A stretch of DNA of 64,000 nucleotides from Corallochytrium limacisporum Hawaii. Lineage: Eukaryota; Protista; Pluriformea. The translations under genes were made by a program, and so were the position numbers. The stretch spans positions 63,123 through 127,122 of the forward strand of contig PDIP01000040.1 in the NCBI GenBank assembly GCA_002811645.1, read 5' to 3'. Shown here one piece after another: positions 43,457 to 57,000 of the stretch. Each line of letters starts with the position of its first letter. Positions within the stretch are counted from its first letter, which is position 1. The notes under the pieces were generated by a model. The model was not told where the DNA came from. It ran no database searches and worked only from the letters and a program-made list of their open reading frames with translations.

Positions 43457-44140
43457 GGGCACATCTCCACCCTTCAGGTCTTCCTCTTTCCCCTTCCCCC
43501 CTCTTGCGTTTTGCCGTCTAGTAGTCATGAACACGGACTATTTCCCTGCTTTCTCTCCCTTTCTTTCCTTTTTCTTTCCTCCCCCCCCTCCCTTCCTCCT
43601 CTATCTCTCTTCCTCACTACCGTTTTCTTCCTCTACCCCCGGGAACCGAGACAGCAGCAGAGTGAAATGGTCTCCGTATTTTCCATCTTGCCCGACAGAC
43701 AGGTCTCCCCTCCCCCTTTCTTGGGGCAATTGCCTGCTCTCTCCCTGCATTCCAAATCGTGAAAGTTTCTTTTTATTCATTTTTATTTGAAAATTCTGCG
43801 GTGGTGTCGGCACAGCGCAGTATTTCTGTGGGCCCCTTTCCTTCGGGAACGGCGGCGGGCCCCGGGGGGGGGGTCGCCGATTCCTTGTACACTTTCTCTC
43901 TCGCTCCTATCTCTGTCTCAGTTTCTCTCGCGTTTGGCCCGCACGCCCGATGCCTTAAAGCCACCTAACTTTTGTGTGCACCGAAAGGAATTTGACATTT
44001 TCACTTTCTTCTCGCCCTGTCCCCCCTCCCCCCCCAAAAAAAAACCACGGGCGATGATGACACAACCGCGCAAATTGGCTTGAAATTTGCAGGTGAACAG
44101 GTATGGAAGGGTGGTAGGGACATTACCACCCCCCCCCCCC

Positions 44141-44349
44141 NNNNNNNNNNNNNNNNNNNNNNNNNNNNNNNNNNNNNNNNNNNNNNNNNNNNNNNNNNNN
44201 NNNNNNNNNNNNNNNNNNNNNNNNNNNNNNNNNNNNNNNNNNNNNNNNNNNNNNNNNNNNNNNNNNNNNNNNNNNNNNNNNNNNNNNNNNNNNNNNNNNN
44301 NNNNNNNNNNNNNNNNNNNNNNNNNNNNNNNNNNNNNNNNNNNNNNNNN
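44141..44349. other. Assembly gap (N run) flanked by C homopolymers
   Basis: 209 N; poly-C on the left and C9G7 on the right. Confidence 0.99.
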
Positions 44350-45102
44350 CCCCCCCCCGGGGGGGGAGAGGAGAGAGTTGGCAGCAGCAAGATGAAAATC
44401 TTCGATTAAGGACCACCCCTCTCCCCTGCTGCTGTCATGGTGCCAGTAGGCAAGAGACAGCCACGGGCCAGGCAAGCCACAAAGGCCCGAAAGGCAGGAG
44501 CGGGGAGACCGTTCCAGACGAAACGAAATAAAAGGGGTGCCGTCTCCCTCCCCGCAGTGAACGAAACGAAGAGCATGTGATCGCCTGTTGACACGTAATC
44601 TACGTTGATCGCAAATGAAGTAGCCACATCACATGTTTAATGTATTGACAAAATAAAAGATATTAGGTATATGCACACATACTCCGCAGGTCGGTTCCCC
44701 AGTGTCATTGAAATGTGTTTTTATTTGATGGATCGTTTGGAAAATTCTTCGGAAATCGTCGACAAATATTCGACGTCCACGGCACATGGCTAATGAATAG
44801 CCCGGCCGTACGCGTCAGCGACTTCTGGAACTACCCGGACCCTTTTGGTACCCACGGAGAAACGTGCCCAAGGTTGATGATTCAAGGAGTTTTAGTGATA
44901 TATATTTTGTATGTAAATGAGGATATTCCTGTGCGGACACACGCCACGATCGCGCGCCGTAAGTGATGTCGTGATCGCTCCCTGAACTCTGGCGACGACA
45001 GAGCAAAAGCAGGAAATGAAAGGACTCAAGGATTCCGCGGTTCACTCAACCCTGGCAGACGTAAACAAAAAATAGACCACCGAGGGTGGAGGAGGTAGCG
45101 AC

Positions 45103-45308
45103 GAGAGAGAGCGAGAGAGAGAGAGTGCGAGAGAGAGAGAGCGAGAGAGAGAGAGTGCGAGAGAGAGAGAGCGAGAGAGAGAGAGTGCGAGAGAGAGAGA
45201 GCGAGAGAGAGAGAGCGAGAGAGAGAGAGAGCGAGAGAGAGAGAGTGCGAGAGAGAGAGAGCGAGAGAGAGAGAGTGCGAGAGAGAGAGAGCGAGAGAGA
45301 GAGAGAGC
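45103..45308 (+). repeat. (GA)n microsatellite with 30-nt higher-order period
   Basis: Unit gagagtgcgagagagagagagcgagagaga repeated about 6.8 times. Confidence 0.95.
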
Positions 45309-46539
45309 AAAGCAGCAGAGACCGAGAGCGCCAAGACTTTCCCCGCCATCCTCTCTTAGCTCAGAGTTCTGGGAATGGTGCCCGGCTGCAAAGTATCCAC
45401 CCGTTCGGTACTGAATATGCTGTCGATGATAGGTATCCTCGGGCAACTTCATCCCGCAGGCCCCTCCTTGTCTCTCTCTCTCCCCCTTTCCCTGCGTCTC
45501 TTGTCGGACTTTGGAGCCGCTGTTTTACGGGCAGTGAAGAAAATTTTTCGCCGCCGCTTTTTAATCTCTCTCTTGGTTCCTCCTCCTCCCCACCCCCAGA
45601 GAATCTAAGCAAAGGGTATGCGTTGTCTTCCCATTGAATGACATCAGCAATTTAATACTGAATATATTAAGAAAAATAGACAGAAATTGACGAAGAATGC
45701 TAAAGTGCGCCAAATGCGTTGCCGTCCGGCGGGGGGTTTTTAAGAGAAAGGAAATGGGGGAAGGTAGCGAATCAATCGTTGGGTCCACGGGGGAAGGAGG
45801 CAACATTTCTCCACCAATCGCGAAGGAATCTTGCCTCTCTCCCCGCTCCACACTGGTCCGCCGGTGAGACTGGGTTGCCACTGAGTGACTGCATCATAGT
45901 AAATAACCTACAAACTTTTCCCAGGGAGGGGAGGAGAAAGGGAAGGGGGGGAGCCGATAAAGGAGACGACGTGAATCCCGAAAAATAAAAATGGTGTGCG
46001 GGGGCTGTGTGCTTGAGGTTTAGCCACCAAAGCTCTCCCTCCTGCTCCTCCGCCCCACAAAGGCAGTTCAAAATACACCGCTGTTCGCCCGGCCCTCCAC
46101 GGGGCAGAACGACGCGAGAAAGGGAAACAGGAAAAAGGGAACAACAACAACGGACAACTCTCCTCTTCCCCATGCCAGTGGTTTTATATAGTGAATGTAT
46201 TGGATTCAAGGGAAAGGGTCCCCCCCCGGGGGGGGGATCTTGAGCGCCGTCACTGACCGCTCTGTGGGGTAGCGCCATTGTCAGCGGTAACAGGGAACGG
46301 TGGCACCTGGCTTTTGGAACTCTTGAACTTTTCCCTCCATTTTAGTGGCAACGCTAGAATTTTGTAATAAAATACGTAACCATCCGAACCCGGCAATTTT
46401 CTTGATTTGTTTGCTTGAAATATGGGTTACGGGTTGTTGGAAACGAACGCACGCTGTTTGCTATGGTCGTGAAGGGATATAGAGGGTATTTGAAAGTTGA
46501 CGATCAATGAAATGAGTAAGAATCGAAGGTAACTATTAA

Positions 46540-46989
<450 letters not shown>

Positions 46990-47750
46990 GTGTTTAAATT
47001 GTATGAAAATTTTCACTAATGGCACCGCACTGGGTCATGTGCAATGTAGACCAAACCGTTCGCAAGGGATTCTGAAAAACGGCTCCGGAGTCATGTCCTC
47101 AATGGAATGCAAGATAGTGGAGATGGTTATCCAACCTACTACATACATTCACGAACATGTTTTTTGCGTGTTCGTAAAGGGCATGATCTTTGAATTGCGA
47201 TCGTTTTGGTCACTGCATGTATCTTTCACTTTTCCATCTTTTCCCATACTTGAAAAACAAAATAAAAAAGACCAAAAAAACAAAAAACCAAGAAACCACG
47301 ACCGTACTAAGTTGTTTGTCTCAAAATCTTTCGCCTACTTTCTCGAACCGAAAATTCTGCACGTTGGCCGTTGAACATTTCATTTCTTCTGTGTGCAGAA
47401 CCTTGACGTTTTCGAATGACTTCTGTCCCCTCCCGAACGGCTCCATAAAAGTTTCCGACCCAACGCTTAACTTGGGGTTCGTTTGGACGTATTGGTGAAT
47501 CTACTTTAGGGCTGCCGGCACCATTTTTACAACGACCAATTTGGACTGTTAACGGCTTGGAGGTAGAATTCAATTATTTGCGAAACCCCACGAAAAAGTT
47601 GTGTCTAGCCTGCAATCCTCCTACGGAATATATTTCGAGATGACGTAGGTAGTTTCTCTCGTATATGGCCGGACTACTTCCACAGCCTGTGGAAGGTCTG
47701 AGCTTCCCTCAGTTTTTGTTTTCGATACCAATACACAAATCTCTAGCACA

Positions 47751-49466
47751 ATGGGTGTGTTCGAACATCTGCTTTGGCGGGAAATGGGTCTGGACCCACC
47801 AAGCGAGTTGCAAAGACTAGAACGCACCCGCCGCTTGCTCACTGTCGACATTGACCCTGACATCAGCTTGGCATTGACCCACTCCAGCAGCATAAATTCA
47901 GTTCAGATCGACGGCATAGAGCATCGATATCTGCTGTCAGGAGCAACGGATGGCAGCCTTGCCATCTACGACACGCAGGCTGTGCCGGAAACACCGCAAG
48001 TGGACCTTGGTCGTGGAAATACAGTCGACATTCATGGTCACCGCGACGCCACAGGTGACCTCGGCGACATCCTTCCGATCGTTACGGTGCGTAGAGCGCA
48101 TACCTACTCGGTCGAGACGGTGGAATGGTATGCACATGACAGCGGAATGTTCACCACCAGCGGTTTTGATGGCCTCCTACACGTTTGGGACGCCAACTAC
48201 CAGGAACGGGTCGCAACCTTTGACTTGGGCGACAAAATCTACAAGCACGCCAGCTCTGCAGCCGCGTTAGATCACGCGCTGATTGCCTGTGCAACCGATA
48301 ACTCGGCCGTGCGTTTATGTGATCTAAGGTCGGCCTCACAGGCCCGCGTTTTGCAGGGCCACAAGGGCGAGGACGGCGTCCGGACCGTGGCGTGGTGTCC
48401 CAGCGACCAATGGATCCTGGCCACCGGTGGCGGTGATGGCCATATTCTGATATGGGATGTCCGTATGGCTCGATCATGTCTGTATAAACTGAACCAACAC
48501 AGCAGTAGAGAGACCGCGCTAGCGCGGAGACGGATGCGGCTGAGCAAGGAGCGAGCGAGGGATCTGGTGGGCAAGACAGGCTTTGTCGGTCCGAAAGGGA
48601 AGTTGACAGTGTCCTCGTCACCGTCGTCTTCACCATCAAGCACAGTAAGCTCGCTGAAAAACTCGCGAGATGTCCGCCTGGACGGATCGGATGCGTTGGT
48701 GGCCCTCAGGGAAGGCCGTAACCCAGCCGCCCATGACGGGTCCTGGGGCAGTGCGGGCACACGCGCCGATCGCGGCGGCAGCCATCTCCGTCGTCGGGGC
48801 GAGCCAATCGGTGCGGAGACTGTTAACGGATCGTCTCGAGCTCCACGGCGCGCTAAGTTGAGGGCCAACAACCGCGTCATGGATCAACTCAATGGTGTGG
48901 CTGCTGCCGCCTCTGACCATGTCGATCACGCCGATTCTGCGCACGGTGAAGCCGTTGTGTCTCTGTGCTTTAGTCCTGATGGATTTTCGTTGCTCTCTCT
49001 TGGAGCGGAGTCTAAGCTTTTGCTCTGGGACACGCGCCTTGGCTACAACAAGGGGGTGCACTACGAAGGCGTCAAGTGCAACGCTCCGTCGGGACGCAAG
49101 GCCCTACAGATGGATGTTACTGGCCAGACCACCCCCGAAATTGCCATGGTGCCTTCGGGAAAGCGGATCAATGTCTATGAACTGCGCACCGGCACCAAGA
49201 TAAGCGCACTTAAGGGCCACTATAAGCGAGTCAATTGCGTCGCCTACGACCCATCCTATCAGAAGATTTACACTGGTGGTAATGACAACATCATCTACGT
49301 CTGGTCACCACAAACGGTCGGTACCTCCCGCCTGGAGGGCATGCTTCGGGAGCAAGGCCAAGGCGTTCCAGGCGATGAAACGGCGGCAGAACGGGACGCA
49401 GAACAACTCGGACGACTCATTGGCGACGACTTTAGCTCCGGCGACGAAGATGACGACGACAACTGA
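47751..49466 (+). CDS. ERCC8: WD40 DNA excision repair protein ERCC8/CSA (Rad28)
   Basis: IDGIEHRYLLSGATDG, HTYSVETVEWYAHDSGMFTTSGFD, VRLCDLRS, ILATGG.DG.ILIWDVR, AHGEAV motifs match CSA. Confidence 0.9.
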   Translation: MGVFEHLLWREMGLDPPSELQRLERTRRLLTVDIDPDISLALTHSSSINSVQIDGIEHRYLLSGATDGSLAIYDTQAVPETPQVDLGRGNTVDIHGHRDATGDLGDILPIVTVRRAHTYSVETVEWYAHDSGMFTTSGFDGLLHVWDANYQERVATFDLGDKIYKHASSAAALDHALIACATDNSAVRLCDLRSASQARVLQGHKGEDGVRTVAWCPSDQWILATGGGDGHILIWDVRMARSCLYKLNQHSSRETALARRRMRLSKERARDLVGKTGFVGPKGKLTVSSSPSSSPSSTVSSLKNSRDVRLDGSDALVALREGRNPAAHDGSWGSAGTRADRGGSHLRRRGEPIGAETVNGSSRAPRRAKLRANNRVMDQLNGVAAAASDHVDHADSAHGEAVVSLCFSPDGFSLLSLGAESKLLLWDTRLGYNKGVHYEGVKCNAPSGRKALQMDVTGQTTPEIAMVPSGKRINVYELRTGTKISALKGHYKRVNCVAYDPSYQKIYTGGNDNIIYVWSPQTVGTSRLEGMLREQGQGVPGDETAAERDAEQLGRLIGDDFSSGDEDDDDN

Positions 49467-50741
49467 TGATTGTCTACGACCTTCCTCCCCCAAATCGCCA
49501 CCCCAGACCCCTTCGGCCCGCGGGGGGAGGGAGCCCGCCGCGGCTATAGAAAATACACACAAACTCACACAGAGAAAATACATGAGGTAGAATAGAAAAA
49601 TAAGGGCCTAAGGTGAAATACCTCCAAACCCCGCCCCTGGGGGGGAGGTTACCGGTAGCCACTGGCCCTTTCTCCCTGTCCACCCCCCTTCGCTCCCCAA
49701 TAATGCCGTCTTCAGCAGGGAGCCCGTGTGGCGTTTTCCACTAATTGCGTAGGAATCCCGGGTCACGACGGGCAAGAAAGAATCCGACATCTCCACCCAC
49801 CACTACCAGAGTGAGAGCACAATGGGATCCCTTCTACGTTTGTTTTGCCCCCCATGCTCTGTGGATGCCCACCGGGCGAAGGACCAGAACAAAAAAGTAT
49901 ACAACCGTGGACAGCCCCGCAATCCTCGAAGTTTTTGTGTGTGAGTGTGTGTGTGAGCAAGCAGACCAGAGGGGTAGGTAAGGCAGCCCGTGGGAATTCT
50001 CAGTACTGTGGGAAGGAAACCCAGAGCACCAGAGGAAGCAATTGAGAGAGGCGTGCCTCCCCTCTCCCCCTTTCCTTTATGTTTCCTTCTGCGCCACAAA
50101 ACTCTCTATGCGCTGGTCCACCAAATCTTCTACGGCCCGCTGCGGGTCTGCTGCGAAGAGGCGAAGGGGGGGGGGTGGGGAGAGGAGCGGAGTCGGTCGT
50201 AGATGAGAGTGATGTCTGTGTAAATCGGACGAGCAGTTCAGTATGGACCTTTGCATTCGTTGAGGACACACACGCAGCACACACAAAGTGACCAGCAGCT
50301 TGCCATCTGTTCGATGGATGCACAGATGTTTGCTCCGTACGACATGTTTGTGTACTCTCCGCTCGGTTGCAAAATCTATGAATGGTGACATCTAGAGTGC
50401 CAGTATGGGAGTACACTGCGCATGGGGCACTCCCCCCCCTTCCCCGGGGGAGGGGGCGTGCCTCGGTATTGCTGTGGCCTTGCTAGAATGTATGATGAGG
50501 GACTGGGAAATATACGCGAAGGGCAAGCCCTCGCCTCCCTTGGGGTCCTCGCCACGCACGGAAGTTTATATGGGCCGCAGAGGGAGCGGGGGCTGTCTCC
50601 CAAAAAATTCCAGCAGCACCATCTCTCTCCATATGAAAACACTCTATATTGCTTCTTGCTATCAACTGTGCGCAGTACGTGAGATATATTACCTACCTAG
50701 TTCTGCAGAAGAAATGTTGGTGTCGGCTCCGTCGTGGGCTG

Positions 50742-50965
50742 GTGAGTGTGGGTACTACCCAGACGGAGCCCTACTGAAGACGGTGATGACTTCGAGGAGA
50801 GTCTGTGGACGTCGCGCTAATGGAGTGGGAATGTCACGGTCCTGACCGGGTCTTTCCATCAATCCGACATCCTTATGCGGCTAGTTGAGGAGCCAATTGC
50901 GGTGTACTTGTTCCGAGTCTCAAGCGGTACAGTCCATACGGGATCGACTCGGGTCTGATCAACAG
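50742..50965 (+). other. Candidate 5' UTR intron of IVD
   Basis: ctg|GTGAGT donor at 50742; ctgatc branch-like motif and aaCAG acceptor ending 50965, 25 nt before ATG. Confidence 0.55.
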
Positions 50966-50990
50966 TAACCAAACAATCCAAATACAAATC

Positions 50991-52280
50991 ATGTCTTTCC
51001 TCGCTCGCGCTGCGTTCGCTGGCCGTGCTGCCACCCAGGCTCGTCTGGCTACTAGGACCGTGGGATCTGCTTCCACCGTCATGGCCCGCCGCTTTATCGG
51101 TACCTACGGAGACAGCCTGTCTCCTCTCTCTGAGGACCAGCTTCAGTTCCGTGAGGCCATCTACAACTTTGCCCAGGCCGAGCTAGCCCCTTACGCCGCC
51201 GAGATCGACAAGAACAACGGTTGGGATAAGACCCGCGAGTTCTGGAAGAAGATGGGTGAGATGGGTCTGCTTGGCATCACAGGCCCCGAACAGTATGGCG
51301 GGGCTGGCCTTAAGTACTCCGACCATGTCATCGCCATGGAGGAACTGAGCCGTGCATCTGGCTCCATCGCCCTCAGCTACGGTGCCCACTCCAACCTGTG
51401 CGTGAACCAGATCGTGCGTAACGGTAATGATGCCCAAAAGGAGAAGTACCTCCCCAAGCTGATCACAGGTGAGCACATGGGCGCTCTGGCCATGTCCGAG
51501 CCTGGTTCGGGCTCTGATGTCGTGAGCATGAAGACCCGCGCGGTAAAGAAGGGCGACCATTACGTTCTCAACGGCAACAAGATGTGGATTACCAACGGTC
51601 CTGATGCGGATACCCTGGTTGTCTACGCCAAGACCAATCCTGAGGGCCCGGCTGCCCACGGCATCACTGCCTTCTTGATCGAGAAGGGCATGAAGGGATT
51701 CTCGACTGCCCAGAAGCTGGACAAGCTCGGTATGCGCGGTAGCAACACCTGCGAGCTGGTCTTTGAGGACTGCGAGGTGCCTGTTGAGAACGTTCTGGGT
51801 GAAGAAAACAAGGGTGTCTATGTGCTAATGAGCGGCCTGGATCTGGAGCGTCTCGTCCTGGCTGGTGGTCCCATTGGTCTCATGCAGGCTGCCATCGACG
51901 TCACCATTCCGTACGTAAATGAGCGCCAGCAGTTTGGTCAGCCCATTGGCGACTTCCAGCTGTTGCAGGGTAAGGTTGCTGAGATGTATGTGAAGCTGCA
52001 GGCTTCTCGCCAGTACACCTACTCCGTCGCCAAGCAGGCTGATATCGGCAAGATCTCTCCCAAGGACTGTGCGGGTGTTATTCTGTACACCGCTGAGAGC
52101 GCCACGCAGCTGGCCCTGGATGCCATCCAATGCCTCGGTGGTAACGGTTACATCAACGACTACCCCACCGGTCGTCTGCTGCGGGACGCCAAGCTTTACG
52201 AGATCGGTGCCGGAACCACGGAGGTTCGCAAGATGATCATTGGCCGTGAGTTCAAGAAGGAGTACAAGAACGCCAACTAA
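50991..52280 (+). CDS. IVD: Isovaleryl-CoA dehydrogenase, mitochondrial
   Basis: Arg/Ala-rich presequence; [75 protein letters not shown]. Confidence 0.97.
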   Translation: MSFLARAAFAGRAATQARLATRTVGSASTVMARRFIGTYGDSLSPLSEDQLQFREAIYNFAQAELAPYAAEIDKNNGWDKTREFWKKMGEMGLLGITGPEQYGGAGLKYSDHVIAMEELSRASGSIALSYGAHSNLCVNQIVRNGNDAQKEKYLPKLITGEHMGALAMSEPGSGSDVVSMKTRAVKKGDHYVLNGNKMWITNGPDADTLVVYAKTNPEGPAAHGITAFLIEKGMKGFSTAQKLDKLGMRGSNTCELVFEDCEVPVENVLGEENKGVYVLMSGLDLERLVLAGGPIGLMQAAIDVTIPYVNERQQFGQPIGDFQLLQGKVAEMYVKLQASRQYTYSVAKQADIGKISPKDCAGVILYTAESATQLALDAIQCLGGNGYINDYPTGRLLRDAKLYEIGAGTTEVRKMIIGREFKKEYKNAN

Positions 52281-52543
52281 AGGTATCATTCGGGTATTGG
52301 CAAATTGTATCATATTTAGCGAAAACGACAATCACACACAAAAAGACATTTATGGGAAAGGTATATTCAAGTTGGTTTCACTTTCCAAACGTAGAGATGA
52401 GGAGCGAGCATTGTCAAGCTCATGCCTCTTTCTGAAATGACACGCATCACAATAGAAAGCCACCAATTACATGGCACTCCAAAGATATGCTTTAGAAAAC
52501 GGTTCTGTGATGGAAAGATTTGCTACTTGCCTATGTTTATTAT

Positions 52544-53386
52544 TCATGCCTTTACAGGTTTGCTGGCTGCACCACCACCGGAATCCTTGTTGGCAGCAGT
52601 GGCAGCAGCAGCGGCCTTAGCCTCCGCCTTAGCCTTTGCAGCAGCTGCAGCTTCCTTGGCCTTCCGCTCTTCCTCCGCTTTCTGGGCCGCCCGAGTCTCC
52701 GCGATCGGTGCGGGTGCCTGGTTCGAAGTGAGCTGGTGTAAGTACTGCACCGCAGTGTGGGTCAGAGTAAAGTACTCACAGGCCGATGCATCGTTGAACT
52801 GGGGAATGTTGCCGGTAGTGTTGGGTTGGAGGTAGAAAGGATCGTAGGTACCAATGGTAAGGGGCAGCAATTGGTTGGCAAGCGCGGTGAGCAGTTCACG
52901 GGCCTGGCTCAGGGACACACAAGGGACGTACTCCACACACACAATAATATTGCTGAGGCCAACACTAGTTGGTGAGAATGGTGTCAGCATACCGATCTTG
53001 ACCAGGAAGTCGCCCAAGCTGTATGTGTATCCATTGACCACGGCTTCACGACGGGGGCCGTATTCACCCTTCAGGCGATTAATAATCTCGTCCCATCCTT
53101 TATCGATCTCCATGCTCTGTTCACCGGAGAAGGTCACTGTTTTGATTGCCTTGTCTGAAAAGGTGAATCGGTACAAGGGCTGCTGCGGCTTGGACTGGGG
53201 TTGAGGCGGTGCTCCCGGTGCTCCTTGTTTTCCGGCCGTGCGCGGGGCGTAGTAGTGGGCTTGTAAGACGTACGGTCCCACTCTCTTTGCTCCTGCATCC
53301 TTTAGAAGCGCCTCAACGGCTGCCATATTCTCATGCTGAGTATTGTTGGGATTTGATCCCCATTTGAATACAGCTGTTACACCCAT
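52544..53386 (-). CDS. MED20: Mediator subunit MED20-like with Ala/Lys-rich tail
   Basis: MGVTAV start; VNGYTYSLGDFLVKIG, IIVCVEYVPC, YFTLTHTAVQYL match Med20/Srb2 motifs. Confidence 0.8.
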   Translation of the reverse strand: MGVTAVFKWGSNPNNTQHENMAAVEALLKDAGAKRVGPYVLQAHYYAPRTAGKQGAPGAPPQPQSKPQQPLYRFTFSDKAIKTVTFSGEQSMEIDKGWDEIINRLKGEYGPRREAVVNGYTYSLGDFLVKIGMLTPFSPTSVGLSNIIVCVEYVPCVSLSQARELLTALANQLLPLTIGTYDPFYLQPNTTGNIPQFNDASACEYFTLTHTAVQYLHQLTSNQAPAPIAETRAAQKAEEERKAKEAAAAAKAKAEAKAAAAATAANKDSGGGAASKPVKA

Positions 53387-54056
53387 GATTACTTTTACGC
53401 TTCCTCTCCAAATGATAGAATTACTCACATAGTCTTACACCCAGAGCACCTACAGAGCTCTTTACATTCGCCGTCAGCATATAGTCAAATATATGTTTTT
53501 AAGTATCAAATCATAGTTTCTGTGATCTTTGATCATGAACTACCTTTACTGTGAACGAAGTGGTTTATCGTTTCCAGAGGACATGCGCGCGAGATTCTGC
53601 CAGCTGGCTTTCCGGGAGCGCACTGTCTGCCTCCCGGCCTCCGAGTCAGAGAGCTGGTCCAACCCCCCCCCCCGGGGGGTCTGCCTGTGCTTTTCTCTCC
53701 AACACCGGAATTCGGGCCCAAAGGTGGATAAACAAGGGCTCTGGGCGAGAGGTGCAGAGGAGGGTCTCACTGCCTGAGATTCCGCAGAGCACGTCCGTGT
53801 CGTCGTCGTGCTCTTGTGTGGGTTTTCAACGCAGGGTTCAAGACATTGCCAGCTATTCATTGTAGACGGGTTAGAATCAATTGCAACAGTACCCCAAGAG
53901 TCGGTGGCATCCCGTTGGAAAGAGAAGGAGAATGACTTCGACAGGGGTTCAAACATGATCACGATGCACCCGACTTCGGGATCAAGGAGACCGGTTTAGC
54001 AGCTATCAATCGACTATGCAAAGCATGGTAGAGTGACAGATAGCAAAACCAACGGA

Positions 54057-57000
54057 ATGTCGGTATTACGAATTGGAGGAAGTCCACTAGGGTGGCTCTC
54101 CAGACTGCTAGTACTACTACTCGCTCTCACGACGAGTGGTACGCATGCGTACAAGGCAGTCTTTGCCTGGTTAGGTATGGGTGATGACAACACAGCCACG
54201 ATTGAAAACAGACTCACAACGGGGTCGGGAAGGATCCATGGCGAGCGGTCAGCCATGTGCTTCCAGCTGGGCAGACCTCACTATCTGATGTTCATTCGTA
54301 GAGGATCACCAGAGCGGGCGTCACTGCTCAGTGCCGTCGATATTCATTCCTACAGAGAAGGAAGACTGGAATCCTTATGGAATAGTGTAGGGTCGATGTC
54401 CTACTTTGCAAATGAAGATGTGCTCCTCGCAGAACCCGGTTCGACATTTTCGAAACATAGCGACGATGTTGGTGACGACAACAATCAGGATAGGGAGCCT
54501 GAGGGCTATCCTGTGGTGCTTCGCTCGTTATTATCGGCATCAACAACAAACCTGCTTCTAGATCGGTATATTGACAGCTTGGAAGACAATAGAGATGTGG
54601 CAGACTCGAATTGTGACCCAACCGTAGACCCGGAATGTGATCCACTAGAAACAGAGGTGCCTGTAGCCGGCCGGGACTTCCGGGGCAAGGCAGGCAATGT
54701 CTCCGAGTCGAACGATGAAGACCAATACCAGGGCGAGAGCATCTTGCTGTGGCTCTACGATGTAGTGGCTGGCGATAGTGAAGATGTTGCAACCGAAGAC
54801 GTGGTTGACTCCATGCTCTACGCAGCAGCTGGGGGATCATCTACCGCCGGACGCCCAGACGGGTCAAAACATGGCAAGCGGCCAGCAGTGGAGCACATAG
54901 ACACTGAACCTACATGGATGCAAGTTGCTCAGAAGTACTGGCTTCCCGACGATCGATTAAGTGACAGAGGACTGATGGACATCATCCAGCAGTTTGAGTC
55001 ACTGGACGACAACTATCTGTTGGGCGGGATGGAAGAGATTTTGCAGGATGGCAAACCGCTATCAAATGCTGATATAGAGCACAAGACATTGACCAACAGT
55101 GAGGGAGCGTTGATCGCAATCTTCCCTGAGAGCGACAATCTACAGGCCGTCCCGAGCAAAATGGCAACGGTCAAGCAAAGAACGTTAAAGAATAGTGCCT
55201 ACGCTGCAAACAGCGGGGGCACAAACCAACACACACATGAAGACCATCATGACGACAAGTCGATGGACGCCGAAGACCCAAATCTAGGAGACTTTGGGTC
55301 GGCATCAGCTTTGCTGCACCCTTCGTTCTACTACGAGGAATCACGTAGCGGCAATAGCGCTGCCAAGTTCCAAAACAAGCTGATCTACTATTTGTATGAT
55401 GTGCGATCATCAAAGATGCCTGGTGGCAATAGTGAGTACGAGAAAGAAACCAACGTTAAGCTACGCAAGACGATCAAGGACACCGAACCGTTACATGTCT
55501 ACCCTTTGCCACAGCTCTTCCCAACGATTGCTGCTGCCTTCGACTCACTGCTGCCGGAGACCGTGCGGATGAATCTGGAGGCTTCGATTGCGGTAGCGCG
55601 TTATTCGATGATCGTGCCGGACTTGGCTCGTAGAATTCAAGCCAGTCACCGACTGAGCAATCTCGGCATGCATAGTCCTAGTGAAATCAGATTCCGTCAG
55701 CGGGCCGCTTTGGTGCATGAAGTACTGCTTGGAGCGCGGGTCGAGGTACAGGGGTATGCCGCTGTGGAATCCAGTGTATTGATCGGACACCAGGACATCC
55801 TCACATTTGATCTCTACCAGACCTTGGCAGGGAAGTTGCCGCTGGGTCATCTGGCTAAGTATGGGCCATTGCGCATGTCACTGCAAATGCGATGTACAGG
55901 AGATGTGAAGGCAATGATCAACCTTGTGGTCCAAGTCTTCCAACATGGCAGGAACCAATTGAGCACTGCGGAACGCAGCGAGTTCAAGTCACTGATATCT
56001 TCCTTGGTACGCTTTGGCCTGGTCGACTTGCAACTTGATCTGGACAGTGGCACGCGACAGGTAATGGAGGACTATGCGAAGGAGGCCCAGGAGACTCTCC
56101 AAGTGTTCGGTGTGTGTCGCAAAGCCCGCAGAGCTGAGCCTAACCGCGAGCTTTCGATGGATACTCAAACTCCATGTCGACAGGATTTGGATGTTTTCTT
56201 GTGGGAGGACAAAAAGGGTGGTAAGTCAAACAGTGGGCACCGTTGGAAGAATGCCAACGAGGCAAACGAAAACGATCTCATGAAGGTGACCACCGTGATG
56301 CGTACAATTGATGCCACTCCAGCCTTTATTTCTCGGCTCATGGATGCATATATTGCGCTTCTGACCGTTGCGGAGAGGAGTCTGGCAATTGCAACGGATC
56401 TAGATCTTGCACAATATAAGCAGAAGCGCTTGATCGGCGAAGTAGTGGCTGTGCAGGCTTTGGACCTCCGTGGTAACGTCGTACCTTTCCATGCGACGCA
56501 GTGCTTTAAGGGACCTCTGCCAGCGGCCCCCACTCTACTTTTTATCTCTCGTCTGACCTTCTTTTCCACCATGGCTGTAGTGGCGGCGTCCGCGTTTTTG
56601 ATCTACCTCTTTGTCGGTCATACGCTGTACATCTCACGACTGGCTCTGCCGCATCGGAGGCAGGACGATGGCCTCTTGCACCCCCGTCGACGCGGAGAAG
56701 AGGAATACGATGGCGTTCCAGACGACGCCCGTTGGCTGCGTACCACGCGTCTGAACTTGACACTGCACTTTTTCTATTTCTGGCCTGAGTTCATCTTTGG
56801 TGCTCACCCGAATCTGCCGTCCATCTTTGGTCATGTGGATGAGATGGGGCGAGAAGACATCAACGTCAACGAAGCCACTGGGCCCGAGATGTCGGGCACA
56901 AGCGCCAATGGGGATGCAACTGGTGGCCAAGGGGATACCCAGTCAAATGTTGAGGACCCTCTTGATCATGATGACGACGACGATTCATCATCTACGGACA

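Noticed and set aside
43918-44475. ORFs spanning the N run
   Set aside because: Open only because of the assembly gap
45026-45637. ORFs encoding poly-(RE) or poly-(SL)
   Set aside because: Translation artefacts of the GA microsatellite
46990-47100. Histone 3' stem-loop after H3
   Set aside because: Only a TGAAAATTTTCA palindrome; no GGYYYTTTTHRRRCC-type hairpin
47691-47702. GGAAGGTCTGAG resembling the eukaryotic RNase P RNA CR-I motif
   Set aside because: No convincing CR-V/P4 partner downstream, and the RNA body would overlap the ERCC8 CDS
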